DNA of 64,000 bases from positions 9,238,001 through 9,302,000 of the forward strand of contig CM059432.1 of assembly GCA_030390025.1 (NCBI GenBank), written 5' to 3'. The stretch's first letter is position 1. Each line of letters begins with the position of its first letter. Positions 46,694 through 60,804 of this stretch are shown here, in pieces. A model generated the notes under the pieces. The model did no database searches, was not told the DNA's origin, and saw only the letters and a list, made by a program, of their open reading frames with translations. This DNA is from Squalus acanthias (lineage: Eukaryota). Position numbers and translations under genes: made by a program.

Positions 46694-47524
46694 TGGTTTT
46701 TTGTTACTATGTTTTTCGCGGTTGTGGGTGTCGACTGTAAGGCCGGTGTTTATTGCCCATCCCTCATTGCTCCAGAAGGTGGTGATGGGCTTTCTTCGTG
46801 AACCGTGGTTTTTTTTTTGATACAACGGAGTGGCTGGCTGGGCTACTTCAGAGGGCAGCTAAGAGTCAACGGCGTTGGAGTCACATATAGGACAGACCCA
46901 GGTAATACGTGACAGTCAAGGTTTGATACCTCGAACCTTCAACATTCTATTACACCAACAGGCGTCACAGGAGATTGCAAAACAATTTTAGACTGGGGTT
47001 TTCCACTAAATGGTTTCCATTGGCGTTTTTATTGGATTGTGTGTACGACATAATAAATTGAATATATTATGGATAGAAACGTAAGATAGGTGAACTTTTT
47101 ATTCAAAGAGTGATGAAGCCGAAAGGGAAATAACAACTGTAGCATTGAGCGGCTGTTTGGTCAACTGAGGCCTTAGATCTTAAAGAACCTTTTTTTGCAT
47201 TGCAGGGTACATTTTACACCCAGCAAGTTAAGAATAAAAATTCAAATGAAATGCTTAGAATTCCGCACAGGTGTCGATTTGTACTCTGTCTACATCAGCC
47301 TCTCTCCTCAGTACAGAGGAGCTCATGTTAATCCATCTCTGAGGATGGGCCACTGGGTATTTAAAACCAAATTAGGAGACTAATTCCTTTGTCATATTGT
47401 GACTTGATTGCTATTATGGGGCTTCTTTCCTGAAGTAAGCACACCAACTGAAGTCCCTATAGGCTTTCATCAAGACATGGCAGATAGACGTGATCATCAT
47501 CAAATTCTACCCTGGGCTGCACCT

Positions 47525-50040
47525 AGAATCATAGAATCATAGAAAGTTACAGCACGGAAGGAGGCCATTTCGGCCCATCGTGTCTGCGCCGGCCAACAAA
47601 GAGCTATCCAGCCTAATCCCACTCCCCAGCTCTTGGTCCGTAGCCCTGCAGGTTAGAGCATCCCAAGTGCACATCCAAGTACTTTTTAAATGTGGTTAGA
47701 TTTCCTGCCTCAACCACCCTTTCAGACAATGAGTTCCAGACCCCCACAACCCTCTGGGTGAAGAAATTTCCCCTCAAATTCCCTCTACACCTTCCACCAA
47801 TTACTTTAAATCTGTGTCCCCTGGTTTTTGACCCCTCTGCTAAGGGAAATAGGTCCTTTCTATCCACTTTATCTGTGCCCCTCATACTTTTATACACCTC
47901 AATAAGGTCTCCCCTCAGCCTCCTCTGTTCCAAGGAAAACAGACCCAGCCTATCCAGTCTTTCCTCATAGCTAAGATTCTCTACTTCCGGCAACATCCTT
48001 GTAAATCTCCTCTGTACCCTCTCTAGTGCAATCACATCTTTCCTGTAATGTGGTGACCAGAACTGCACGCAGTACTCTAGCTGAGGTCTAACTAGTGTTT
48101 TATACAGTTGAAGCATAACCCCCCTGCTCTTGTATTCTATGCCACGGCTAATAAAGGCAAGCATTCCGTATGCCTTCTTAACCACCTTATCTACTTGCCC
48201 TGCTAACTTCAGGGATCTGTGGACATGCACTCCAAGGTCCCTTTGTTCCTCTACGCTATTCAGTGTCCTACCATTTAATGAGTATTCCCTTTCCTTGTTA
48301 GCCCTCCCCAAATGCATTACCTCACACTTCTCCGGATTGAATTCCATTTGCCACTGTTCTGCCCACCTGACCAATTTATTGATATCTTCCTGCAGTCTAC
48401 AGCTTCCTTCTTCAGTATCAACCACACAGCCGATTTTAGTATCACCTGCAAACTTCTTAATCATACCCCCTATATTCAAGTCAAGATCATTGATATATAC
48501 CACAAAAAGCAAGGGACCTAGTACTGAGCCCTGCGGAACCCCACTGGAAACAGCCTTCCAGTCACAAAAACACCCATTAACCATTACCCTCTGCTTCCTG
48601 TCTCCGAGCCAGTTTTGAATCCAACTTGACACTTTGCCCTGGATCCCATGGGCTTTTAACTTCGTGACCAGTCTGCCATGTGGAACCTTATCAAAAGCCT
48701 TGCTAAAGTCCATATACACTACATCAATCACACTACCCTCATCTACCCTCCTTGTTCCCTGCTCAAAAAACTCAATCAAGTTTGTCAGACACGACCTTCC
48801 CTTAACAAATCTGTGCTGACTATCCTTGATTAATCCGTGTCTTTCTAAATGAAGATTTAACCTGTCCTTCAGAATTCTTTCCAATAATTTTCCCACCACC
48901 GAGGTTAGGCTGACTGGCCTGTAATTACTCGGTCTATCCTTTTCTCCCTTTTTAAACAAGTGTACTACATTAGCAGTCCTCCAGTCCTCTGGCACCATAC
49001 CTGAAGCCAGAGAGGATTGGAAAATGATGGTCAGGGCCTCTGCTATTTCCTCTTTTGCTTTGCTTAACAGCCTGGGATACATTTCATCCGGGCCTGGGGA
49101 TTTATCCACTTTTAAAGCTGCTAAACCCCTTAATACTTCCACCCTCACTATGTTTATTTCATCTAATATTTCACACTCCTCCCCCCGATAGCAATGTTTG
49201 CTTCGCCCCTCTCCTTTGTGAAAACAGACGCAAAGTATTCATTAAGAACCCTACTGATGTCTCCCGCCTCCACACACAGATTACCCTCATGATCTCTAAT
49301 AGGCCCTACCCTTTCTTTAGTTATCTTCTTACTCTTAATATATTTATAAAACATCTTTGGGTTTTCCTTGATTTTACTTGCCAAAAATTTTTCATGCTCT
49401 CTCTTTGCTTTCCTAATATCATTTTTAATTGCACCCCTGCACTTTCTGTACTCCTCTGAAGATTCTGGAGTATTTAGCCCTCGGTATCTGTCATACACCT
49501 CCCTTTTTTTCTTTATCCTACCCTGCATGTCTCTAGACATCCAGGGGGCTCTAGATTTGTTAGTCCCACCTTTTTCTTTAAGGGCGCATGTTTGGTCTGA
49601 ACACTCCGGATCTCATCCTTGAATGCCTCCCACTGCTCTGACACTGATTTACCTTCAAGTAGCTGTTTCCAGTCCACTATGGCTAAATCCCCTCTGAGCT
49701 CAGCAAAATTTGCTTTTCCCCAATTTAGAATTTTTATTCCTGGTCTATCCTTGTCCTTTTCCATAACTACCTTAAATCTAACAGAATTATGGTCACTAGC
49801 TCCAAAATGCTCCCCCACTGATGCGCCTTCTACCTGTCCAGCTTCATTCCCTAAAACTAAGTCCAGAACCGCCCCCCTCCCTTGTTGGGCTTGCTACATA
49901 CTGGCTAAAAAAGTTCTCCTGGATACATTTTAGGAATTCCTGCACCTTCTATACCCTTCACACTAATTTTATCCCAGTTAATATTGGGGCAGTTGAAATC
50001 CCCTACTATTACTGCCCTATAGTTTTTGCACTTCTCTGAA
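47525..50040 (-). mobile_element. CR1 LINE, 5'-truncated within the endonuclease
   Basis: 511-aa RT ORF at 47613-49148 (catalytic FADD reads FAGD), SDH motif upstream, (atagaatc)n tail. Confidence 0.95.
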
Positions 50041-50185
50041 ATTCTCCCCAAATACAATCATTAGAACAATATAGATTGGCACTTGTCAATAAATTGTGTT
50101 GGAATTGTGGAACAAGCAAGTAATCAATAGATATTAAGCACTGTATTTGCGATAATTATTATGTACCCTAAAACTGAATGTTGTA

Positions 50186-50631
50186 AAAGAAAGTCCTGCA
50201 TTTAAAAACCACCTTTCACATCCTCAAAATGTGCCGAAGCGCTTTACAGCCAACGAAGTACTTTTTGAAGTACAGTCACTGTAATGTAGAAAACACAGCA
50301 GCCAATTTGCGCACAGCAAGCTCCCACAAACAGTTAATGTGATCATGAGCAGATAATCTGTGATGTTGATTGAGGGATAAATATTGGCCAGGACACCGGG
50401 GATAACTCCCCTGCTCTTCTTCAAAATAGTGGCCACGGGATCTTTGACATCCACCTGAGAGAGCAGACGGGGCCTCGGTTTAACGTCTCAGCTGAAAGAC
50501 GGCTCCGCCGACAGTGCAGCACTCCCTCAGCACTGCACTGGGAGTGTCAGCCTAGATTTTTGTGCTCAAGTCTCTGGAGTGGGACTTGAACCCACAACCT
50601 TCTGACTCAGAGGCGAGAGTGCTACCCACTG
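50186..50631 (-). mobile_element. DeuSINE (further copies at about 51150-51555 and 57080-57480)
   Basis: Same family as 21333-21765. Confidence 0.88.
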
Positions 50632-51672
50632 GGGCCAATCTCAATGGAGTTCCTGGTGCTTGAATCCATAGCGGAAAACAACTTATAATTTTGAACTAAT
50701 TAACAATTTAAAAGACACACAAGGTTGTGAGACATTGGAAACTTTGCACTGTTGCCGTAGGGAGTGATGGCGTATGACTGTGATTGAGGTTGGGCAGAGT
50801 AGAGGGAGCTGTACTTTGGACTAACCCAGTGCTATCCCTGATCTGGGAGTGCTTCATACCGTCATGGAAGCCTGCATCTTCTGAGCACGCACTCACAGTA
50901 GCCTTAGCTGGTAACTAGCCAGTAGCACTGGCCTTGCCCTCCGACTGCAGAGATCAGAAAATCCACAGTGGACAGAAAATCACGCAGGCGAGGTTTCTCA
51001 CCACTGGCACATACTTGGAACATGCTCCCCTGGGTGCCATATAGTTGAAAGAGTGTTTGATTCTCCCGTACGAACGTTCCTCCGCTAGATGCTGACAAAA
51101 TTGACGAAAGTGGCGAGTTAAATCATGTCAGGTAGCTTTATTTGTGTGAAAAGGAAAGAGTTTATACGGCGCATTTCACAACCTCAGGACGTCCCAAAGC
51201 GCTTTTTGTAACTGTTGTAATGTAGGAAACGCAGCAGCCAATTCGCATACAGCAAACTCCCACAACCAGCAATGTGATCTGTTCTAGTGACGTTGATTGA
51301 GGGACAAATATTGGCCCAGGACACCGGGGATAACTCCCCTGCGCTTCTTCGAAATAGTGCCATGGGGTCTTTTACGTCCACTTGAGAGGCTAAGTTTAAC
51401 ATCTCATCCAAAAGACGGCACCTCTGACAGTGCAGCGCTCCCTCAGCACTGCACTGGGAGTGTCAGCCTAGATTTTTGTGCTCAAGTCTCTGGAGTGGGA
51501 CTTGAACCCACAGCCTTCTGACTCAAAGGCGAGAGTGCTGAGCCACGGCTGACACTGTTGTAACCACTAGCAGCAGCAGAACCAGGAAAGTGTTGGTGAT
51601 TCAAACGCCTTGCTTGAATATCCTGTCTCTTCATGGGCTCATATTATTACTGAGATTATTGATAGATGGATT

Positions 51673-52208
51673 TTAGAGCAGCAGGTGTCGGTTATGTCAA
51701 TCAACTTCAATGTTATTCGGTGGAAAGTATGTCTTACACAGTGAGCTCGGTTTCATTCAACAATAGGGTGACAGAAAATCAGTGGCTAATAATTAAAAAG
51801 AAAAAAAAGCGAGTAGATTGCAATTATTCAAACAGCAGAGAATGGAGACTGAGGGGACTGATACGTGAGCACGCTATTCTTTCACCTCTGGGAGTTGGGC
51901 TCATTTACAGCCCAGATTGTCACGATGTAAGTGTCCCTTCCACCAGCAATAACAACAACTTGTATTTATATAGCGCCTTCAACACAGTAAAACATCCCAA
52001 GGCGCTTCACAGGAGCGTATCAGTCCCCTCAGTCTCCATTCTCTGCTGTTTGAATAATTGCAATCTACTCACTTTTTTTTCTTTTTAATTATTAGCCACT
52101 GATTTTCTGTCACCCTATTATTGAATAAAACCGAGCTCACTGTGTAAGACATACTTTCCACCGAATAACAGTAAAGTTGATTGACATAACCGAAACCTGC
52201 TGCTCTAA
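51673..52208. repeat. ~193-bp inverted duplication (51673-51865 vs 52016-52208)
   Basis: Read directly as reverse complements with few mismatches; absent from the paralogous unit near 57920. Confidence 0.92.
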
Positions 52209-52684
52209 TCAAAATTTGACACCGAGCCACATAAGGAGATATCAGGACAGGTGACCAAAAGCTTGGTCAAAGAGGTAAGTTTTAAGGAGCGTCTTAAAGG
52301 AGGAGAGAGAAGTAGAGAGGCGGAGAGCTTCAGGGAGGGAATTCCAGAGCTTAGGGCCTTGACAGCTGAAGGCACGGCCGCCAATGGCGGAGCGATTAAA
52401 ATCGGGGATGCTCAAGAGGCCAGAATTGGCGGAGCGCAGAGATCTCGGAGGGTTGCAGGGCTGGAGGAGGTTACAGTCTTAATTAAATGAGCTCGGGCCA
52501 GACTCAATGGAGTTCCTGGTGGCTTGAATCCATAGCGGAAAACAACGTATAATTTTGAACTAATTATCAATTTAAAGACACACAAGGATGTGAGACAATG
52601 GAAACTTTGCACTGTTGCCGCAGGGAGTGATGGCATATGACTGTGATTGAGGTTGGGCAGAGCAGAGGGAGCAGTACTTTGGAC

Positions 52685-54930
52685 AACAACAACAACAACT
52701 TGCATTTGTATAGCACCTTTAATGCAGTAAAACTTCGCAAGGCGCTTCACAGGAGCATAATCAGACATAAAGGCCCAGAAATTGATCTCGCTCTGTTCCC
52801 GCGGGGGTAAGGAGCAGGCGCGATCTCTCACTCCGCGTTGGCTTTTTCAGATCCAGCTCGCACGAACTTGATGTTCCAGACATCAGCTGGGCAGTGCTTG
52901 CGTATCCCACCGGCGTAGTGAATTCGTGCGAGCTGTGGGATCACGTGACTCAGTTAGAGCCAATGGCAGCACACCATCTTCCATTCATAAGTTTCACATA
53001 CGTGCTGTGAAAGCTATGAATCTTACACCCCCCCAAAATAACAGCTAAACCTCAATTAAATTTTTTTTAAAAACCATCACATTAATAAAATAAGTATAGT
53101 TAAATAAATTAACCATTTTAAATAAAAAATTAAATTTTTGAAAAAATTTAAAATCTTTTAAAAAGTTATAAAAATAAACTTACCTGTCTTTAAAGTCTCT
53201 AAAAAAGATATACCTGTTAAAAAAAATTCAAAATAATACTTAATTCACTACTTACCTTGTTAAAAGTGGGTCTTACTCCTCCTTTTTCCATTTCTAAAAT
53301 CTTCCGTCCTTACCTGCGCGTCCAAAGCACTAAGTGCACAGCGTGCGCGCAGCCTGTAGCGCGCACGCGGTGCACCGAGGAACCGCCCCCTTTTCCAAAG
53401 ACCAAGTGCCGGTTTTCAGCGCATGCGCAGTGCATGCAGAAAACCGGCAATTGGAGAGAGAATACGCGCGAGTACGCAGTTCGCGCAGCGGGATCAATTT
53501 TTGGCCCAAAGTTTGACACCGAGCCACATAAGGAGAAATTAGGGCAGGTGACCAAAAGCTTGGTCAAAGAGGTCGGTTTTACGGAGCGTCTTAAAGGAGG
53601 AAAGAGAGGTAGCAAGGCGGAGAGGTTTAGGGAGGGAATTCCAGAGCTTAGGGCCTAGGCAACAGAAGGCACGGCCACCAATGGTTGAGCTATTATAATC
53701 GGGGATGCTCAAGAGGGCAGAATTAGAGGAGCACAGATATCTCGGGGGGTTGTGGGGCTGAAGGAAATTACAAAGATAGGGAGGGGCGAGGCCATGGAGG
53801 GATTTGAAAACAAGGATGAGAATTTTGAAATCGAGACGTTGCTTAACCGGGAGCCAATGTAGGTCAGCGAGCACAGGGGTGATGGGTGAACGGGACTTGG
53901 TGCGAGTTAGGACATGGGCAGCCGAGTTTTGGATGACCTCAAGTTTACGTAGGGTAGAACGTGGGAGGCCAGCCAGGAGTGCGTTGGAATAGTCGAGTCT
54001 GGTAACAAAGGCATGGATGAGGGTTTCAGCAGCAGATGGGCTGAGGCAGGGGCGGAGACGGGCGATGTTACGGAGGTGGAAATAGGCGGTCTTAGTTATG
54101 CTGCGGATATGTGGTTGGAAGCTCATTTCAGGGTCAAATATGACACCAAGGTTGCGAACAGTGTGGTTCAGCCTCAGACAGAGGTTAGGGAGAGGGATGG
54201 AGTCAGTGGCTAGGGAACGGAGTTTGTGGCAGGGACCGAAAACAATGGCTTCGGTCTTCCCAATATTTAATTGGAGAAAATTTCTGCTCGTCGGACAAGC
54301 AGTCTGACAATTTAGAGACCATGGAGGGGTCGAGAGAAGAGGTAGTGAGGTAGAGCTGGGTGTGGTCAGTATACATGTGGAAATTGACACTGTGATTTTG
54401 GATAATGTCGCCAAGGGGCAACATGTAGATGAGAAATAAGAGGGGGCCAAGGATAGATCCTTGGGGGACACCAGAGGTAACGATGTGGGAGCGGGAAGAG
54501 AAACCGTTGCAGGTGATTCTCTGGCTACGATTAGATAGATAAGAATTGAACCAGGCGAGTGCAGTCCCACCCAGCTGGACGACGGTGGAGAGGCGTTGGA
54601 GGAGGATGGAGTGGTCAACCGTGTCAAAGGCTGCAGACAAGTCAAGAAGGACATGGAGGGATAGTTTACCTTTGTCACAGTTACAAAGGATATTATTTGT
54701 GAATTTGATGAGAGCCGTTTTGGTACTGTGGCAAGGGCAGAAACCTGATTGGAAGGATTCAAACATGGAATCACGGGAAAGATGGGCACGGATTTGGGAG
54801 GCGACAACTTGTTCAAGGACTTTGAAGAGGAAAGGGAGGTTGGAGATTGTTCAGTAGTTTGCAAGGATGGAGGGGTCAAGGGTTGGATTTTTGAGGAGAG
54901 GGGTGATGACGGCAGATTTGAGGGAGAGGG
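52685..54930 (-). mobile_element. L2 LINE, 5'-truncated
   Basis: LDLSAAFDTVDH, GVPQGSILGP, LHWLP and WNSLP motifs; (caa)n tail; GGAC duplication at 52681-52684 and 54931-54934. Confidence 0.93.
52772..53507. mobile_element. MITE inserted in the L2 3'UTR
   Basis: TIRs ggcccagaaattgatctcgct and agcgggatcaatttttggccc with an AAA duplication. Confidence 0.85.
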
Positions 54931-55139
54931 GGACTAACCCAGAGCTATCCCTGATCTGGGAGTGCTTCATACCATCATGGAAGCCTATATCTTCTGAGTA
55001 CGCACTTGCAGTAGCCTTAACTAGTAACTAACTAGTAGCACTAGCCTTGCATACATCATAAAATCCACAGCGGACACACGTTCCTGATACGCACTAGTGG
55101 CAAGCGAGGCTTCTCAACACTGGCACATACTTGGAACAT

Positions 55140-56945
55140 TCAATAAGGTGTCACATAAAAGGTTATTACACAAGATAAGGGCTCATGTCTTTGAGCCTGC
55201 ATATTTAAGGTTTGAGTTTGAAACATATAAGATCCTGAGGGGTCTGGACAGGGTGGATGTGGAGAGGATGTTTCCTCTTTTGGGAGAATTTAGAACTAGG
55301 GGTCACTGTTGAAAAATAAGGGGTCGCCCATTTAAGACAGAGATGAGGAGAAATTTTTTCTCACAGAGGGTCGTGAGTTTTTGGAACTCTCTTCCTCAGA
55401 GGGCGGTGGAAGCAGAGTCTTTGAATATTTTTAAGGCAGAGGTAGATAGATTCTTGATAAGCAAGAGTTGAAAAGTTATCGGGGGTAGGCGGGAATGTGG
55501 AGTAATCAGATCAGCCATGATCTTATTGAATGGCGGAGCAGGCTCGAAGGGCCGAGTGGCCTACTCCTGCTCCTAATTCGTATGTTTGTATGGATAGGGA
55601 ATTGGTTAACGGACAGAAAACAGAGAGTAGGGATAAACGGGTCTTTTTCAGGTTGGCAGGCTGTAACTAGTGGGGTGCCGCAAGGATCAGTGCTGGGGCC
55701 TCAGCTATTCACAATCTATATTAATGTCCTAGATGAAGGGACCGAGTGTAATGTATCCAAGTTTGCTGATGATACAGAGTTAGGTGGGACAGTAAGCTGT
55801 GAGGAGAACACAGTCTGCAAAGGGATATAGATAGACTAAGTGAGTGGGCAGTAAGGTGGTAGATGGAGTATAATGTAGGGAAATGTGAGGTTATTCACTT
55901 TGGTAGGAAGAATAGAAAAACAGAATTTTTTAAATGGTGAGAAACTTTTAAATGTTGGTGTTCAGAGAGATTTGGGTGTCCTCGTGCAAGAAATACAGAA
56001 AGCTAGCATGCAGGTACAGCAAGCAATAAGGAAGGCAAATGGCATGTTGGCCTTTATTGCAAGGGGTTTGCAGTATAAGAATAAGGAAGTCATGCTACAA
56101 TTGTACAGGGCTTCGGTGAGACCACACCTGGAGTACTGTGCACAGTTTTGGTCTCCTTATCGAAGGAAGGATGTACTTGCCTCGGAGGCGGTGCGATGAA
56201 GGTTCACTAGATTGATTCCTGGGATGAGAGGGCTGTCCTATGATGAGAGATTGTGTAGAATGGGCCTATACTCTCTGGAGTTTAGAAGAATGAGAGGTGA
56301 TCTCATTGAAACATATAAGATTCTGAAGGGGATTGACATGGTAGATGCTGAGAGGTTATTTCCCCTGGCTGGAGAGTCTAGAACTAGGGGTCACAGTCTC
56401 AGGATAAGGGGTAGGCCATTTAAGACCGAGATGAGGAGGAATTTCTTCACTCAGAGGGTTGTGAATCTTAGGAATTCTCTGCCCCAGAGGGCTGTGGATG
56501 CTCAGTCTTTGAGTATATTCAAGGCCGAGATAGATAGATTTTTGGACTCTAGGGGAATCAAGGGATATGGAGATCAACAACAACAATGTGTATTTATATA
56601 GCGCCTTTAACGTAGTAAAACGTCCCAAGACGCTGCACAGGAGCATTTTAAGACAAAAAATTTGACACCGATCCACATAAGGATAAATTAGGACAAGTGA
56701 CCAAAAGCTTGGTCAAAGAGGTAGGTTTTAAGGAGCGTCATAAAGGAGGAAAGAGAGGTAGAGAGGCAGAGAGGTTAGCAAGGGAATTCTAGAGCTTATG
56801 GCCTTGGCAGCTGAAGGCACGGCCACCAATGGTGGGAATGTAGAGTTGAGGTCGATGGTCAGCCATGATCTTAATGAATGGCGGAGCAGGCTCGAGGGGC
56901 CGTATGGCCTACTCCTGCTCCTAATTCTTATGTTCTTATGTCCTT
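55140..56945 (+). mobile_element. CR1 with nested CR1 and L2 3' fragments
   Basis: RT motifs; AACAT duplicated at 55135-55139 and 56946-56950. Confidence 0.9.
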
Positions 56946-58927
56946 AACATGCTCCCCTGGGTGCCATAGTTGAAAGAGTGTTTGATTCTCCCATACTGAC
57001 GTTCCTCTGCTAGATGCTGACAAAATTTGCCAAATGTGGTGAGTTAAAAAATTCATATCAGGTAGCTTTATTTGTGTGAAAAGGAAAGACTTTATACAGC
57101 GCATTTCACAACCTCAGGACGTCCCAAAGCGCTTTTGAGGTGTAGTCATTGTTGTAATGTAGGAAACGCGGCAGTCAATTTGATAATGACCTGTTTTAGT
57201 GATGTTGATTGAGGGATAAATATTGGTCAGGACACCGGGGAGAACACCCCTGCTCTTCTTCAAAATAGTGCCTTCAAATAAGTCCACCTGAGAGAGCAGA
57301 CGGGGCCTTGGTTTAACGTCTCATCCAAAAGATGGCATCTCTGACACTGCAAAACAGCCTCACTACTGCACTGGAGTGTCAGCCTAGATTTTCGTGTTCA
57401 AGTCTCTGGAGTGGGACTTGAAGCCTACAACCTTCATGGCTCAGAGGTGAGAGTGCTACCCACTGAGCCACAGCTGACACTGTTGTAACCACTAGCAGCA
57501 GCAGAACCAGGAAAGTGTTGTTGATTCAAAAACCTTGCTTGAATATTCTGTCTCTTCATGGGCTCGTATTATTACTGAGATTGTTGCAGCGATGTTTGGT
57601 TATGTCAATCAACTTCACTGTTATTCGGTGGGAAATATGCCCTACCCAGTGAGCTCGGTTTGATTCATTAATAGGGTGACAGAAAATCAGTAGCTAATTA
57701 TTAAAAAGAAAAAATAGTGAGTAGATTGCAGTTATTCAAAGAGCAGAGGATGGAGCCTGAGGGGACTGATACGTGAGCACACTGTCCTTTCACCTCTGGG
57801 AGTTGGGCTCATTTACAGCCCAGATTGTCGGGATGAAAGTGACCCTTCCGCCAGCAATAACAACAACTTGCATTTATATAGCGCCTTTAATATAGTAAAA
57901 CGTCCCAAGGTGCTTCACAGAGCGATTATCAAACAATATTTGACACTGAGCCACATAAGGAGATATTACGACAGGTGACCAAAAGCTTGGTCAAAGAGGT
58001 AGGTTTCAAGGAGAGTCATAAAGGAGGAGAGAGAGGTAGAGAGGCCGAGAGGTTTAGAGAGGGAATTCCAGAGCTTAGGGCCCAGGCAGCTGAAGATACG
58101 GCCGCCAATGGTGGAGCGATTAAAATCGGGGATGCACAAGAGGCCAGAATTGGCAGAGCGCAGAGATCTCGGAGGGTTGCAGGGCTGGAGGAGGTTACAG
58201 TCTTAATTAAATGAGCTCGGGCCAGTCTCAATGGAGTTCCTGGTGGCTTGAATCCATAGCAGAAAACAAAATTTTTGAACTTAAAAGATGTACGAGCATG
58301 TGAGAAAATGGAAAGTTTACACTGTTGCTGCAGGGAGTGATGGCATATGACTATGATTGAGGTTGGGCAGAGCAGAGGGAGCTGTACTTTGGACTAACCC
58401 AGTGCTATCCCTGATCTGGGAGTGTTTCATACCGTCATGGAAGCCTACATCTTCTGAGCACGCACTCGCAGTAGCCTTAGCTGGTAACTAGCCAGTAGCA
58501 CTGGCCTTGCCCTCCGACTACATATATCAGAAAATCTCGCAGGCGAGGTTTCTCACCACTGGCACATCCTTGGGGGGAGAAATTCGGTATCGCCCCGTTT
58601 GGGGCACAATTATCGGCCGGGCGCAAAGTTTAGCGCCTGCCGCTAATTGTCGCTTCCTACTGCAAACTTGGCTTTTATCGCCCCTGGAGGTGATTGGAGC
58701 GCTAAATCAGGCGCTACACACCTGTCTTAAGGCGCAAAGGCCAAGGAGCGAGGCGCTACCTCAGAGCGCGGGCGCAGCGCAGGTGATGTCAGTTGGAAGA
58801 CAGACACACTGGCGCTGGCCAGTTCTTAAAGGGGAGGGTCGATCTTGCTCTCCAGCCACACCCTGCTCATTGCAGCCTTGAATCTCGGCCTGGAGAGATC
58901 TGTGCCTAAATTTTCCAGCCAAGGACT

Positions 58928-60804
58928 ATGGAGAGGGTGAGAGAACGAGCTCAGCACTTCAGTGAGCGGGCCTTGGAGGCTCTGGTTGGCGCGGTGGAGC
59001 GCAGAAGATCTGTACTCTACCCTGAGAGTGGCAGGAGGCCTTTGCCGCGCGACTACAGAAGAGTGTGGAGGGAGGTGGCTCAGCACGTCTCCTCCAGTAG
59101 CATGGTGCCCAGGACCCACACTCAATGTCGCAAAAAGTTCAACGACCTCACTCGGGTCGTCAGGATGAGTGGCTGTTTTTCAATACCTCTCTATCCCTCC
59201 ATCTCAACCTCACTCTATGACCAGAGGGTCTTAAAACCCCAATGCCCAACACTCATCCAACACCTATGGCCCTCTCATAAAACACACACACACATTCCAC
59301 ACCTTGCATACAGTAAGGGCTATTGAACTATGGGAGGCACATCAGGCAAGACCATGGATGCTTACAGTAAGGGCTATTCAACTATGGGAGGCACATCGGG
59401 CAAGACCATGGCTGCATACAGTAAGGGCTATTCAATTATGGGAGGCACATCAGGCAAGACCATGGCTGTATATTTACTCAGACACCATCCTTTTTCTTGC
59501 AGGCCAAGCTATCTCATAATAGGAGACAGCAGCAACGGACGGGTGGAGGGCGGCCTCAGCTGCAACCCCTCAGCGATCTTGAGGCGCGCGTCCACAGATT
59601 GTGGCAAGCCCGGGTGATCGGTCCCGTCGCCACTGGAGAGGCCGACCCCGTTCGGGACAGCAATGGTAAGGTCATCAGCTTTCTCTCCTCTCTCATTCCA
59701 CTTGTCCCTCACAACACCAGCCTTTGACACTTTCAATCCAACTTACTAAATCGCTGCACTCCTTCCTCCCTTACTGCCCCCCCTGTCCTCACGCTAAAGC
59801 CACACTTGTACCTCCCTGCTTTCAGATGGTGATTCACCAGCTGAGGAGACGGGCCCTCAAGCTGCCAGTGGGAGTGAAGCCGCAGGCGAGGAGGAAGAGG
59901 AAGCCGGAGCATCAGCGCCACCCTCTCCCGAGGAAGCCCATGCCCACACTGGGAACACGCCTTCCCTGGAGGGGAGCAGGGGTGAAGGGTCTGATGAGGG
60001 TGAAGCTCCAGGACCCAGCGGGCTGCAGCAATGCAATGGGAGTAGGGAAGCTCGGGGGCCTTCTCCCCGGAGGGAGAGTAGGCCAGTGAGACCTGCTGCA
60101 CTGGACACAGAGGAGGAGCGGCTCATCGCTGAAATGAACACCCAGGCGGTGGACATGCATGCTCAGATGCAGTGGGAAGGGTGCCCGAAAGCATTGATGC
60201 ACTGGCAAGGAGTGTGGAGCACTATGCTGCAGCACAGGCGGATGCCACGCAAATGCTTAGCGCTGCAACTCAGTCACTGGCTGCCGTGATCCAATCTCAG
60301 ACTGCCCTCATGCAGACTCAGATTGAGGCCACGCGAGCACTGACTGCTGCCATTGTCGCTGGTTCAGACACATTTCCTCGGGGCTCTCACGGCTCCGCAG
60401 CAGGCCAGCAATCTGTGCTCCAGCAGATTGCTCCGGATGCTGAGGTGCTGCCCCGTGGGAGTGCCAGTGTGTCGGTCGAGCAGGGAGGTGCTGTCCTCTC
60501 TCAAGATGACAGCATTCCTGCTGCCACCACTGTCACTTCCCCATTGCACTTGCCACCGCCTGTAGCCCAGACTGCTGCCGCCAATGCAGAGTTGGTGCAG
60601 TCTGCAGCCTGGCCCTCCAGGCCCAGAGCTGGTCGAGGCCGTCCTTCAAGGGCATCTGCAGTCTCAGGTTCTGACATTCAGCAGCCTTCCACCAGCCTTG
60701 CTGCAGCCACTGGGGCCCCATTATGGAGGAGCAGTAGGGCGGGAAGGGGGCAAGTGGGCAAGGGTAGGAGATCACCCTTGAAGGCCAAAAAGTCAGAGTT
60801 CTGA
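58928..60804 (+). pseudogene. Harbinger Myb/SANT DNA-binding protein gene, 3 exons (about 58928-59164, 59503-59665, 59826-60804)
   Basis: RAQHFSERALEALV..WREVA..RTHTQCRKKFNDL; AG acceptors at 59502 and 59825; GTAAG donor at 59666. The first donor reads ATGAGT and there is a frameshift near 60170. Confidence 0.85.
59305..59470. repeat. 54-bp tandem repeat x3 in Myb intron 1
   Basis: Unit tgcatacagtaagggctattcaactatgggaggcacatcaggcaagaccatggc. Confidence 0.95.

Noticed and set aside
53539..54879. 446-aa ORF as a host gene
   Set aside because: It is a frameshifted L2 ORF2; the N-terminal half is an off-frame reading of RT.
59305..59470. Regular repeats suggesting a CRISPR-like array
   Set aside because: The units are contiguous with no unique spacers; this is an intronic minisatellite in eukaryotic DNA.
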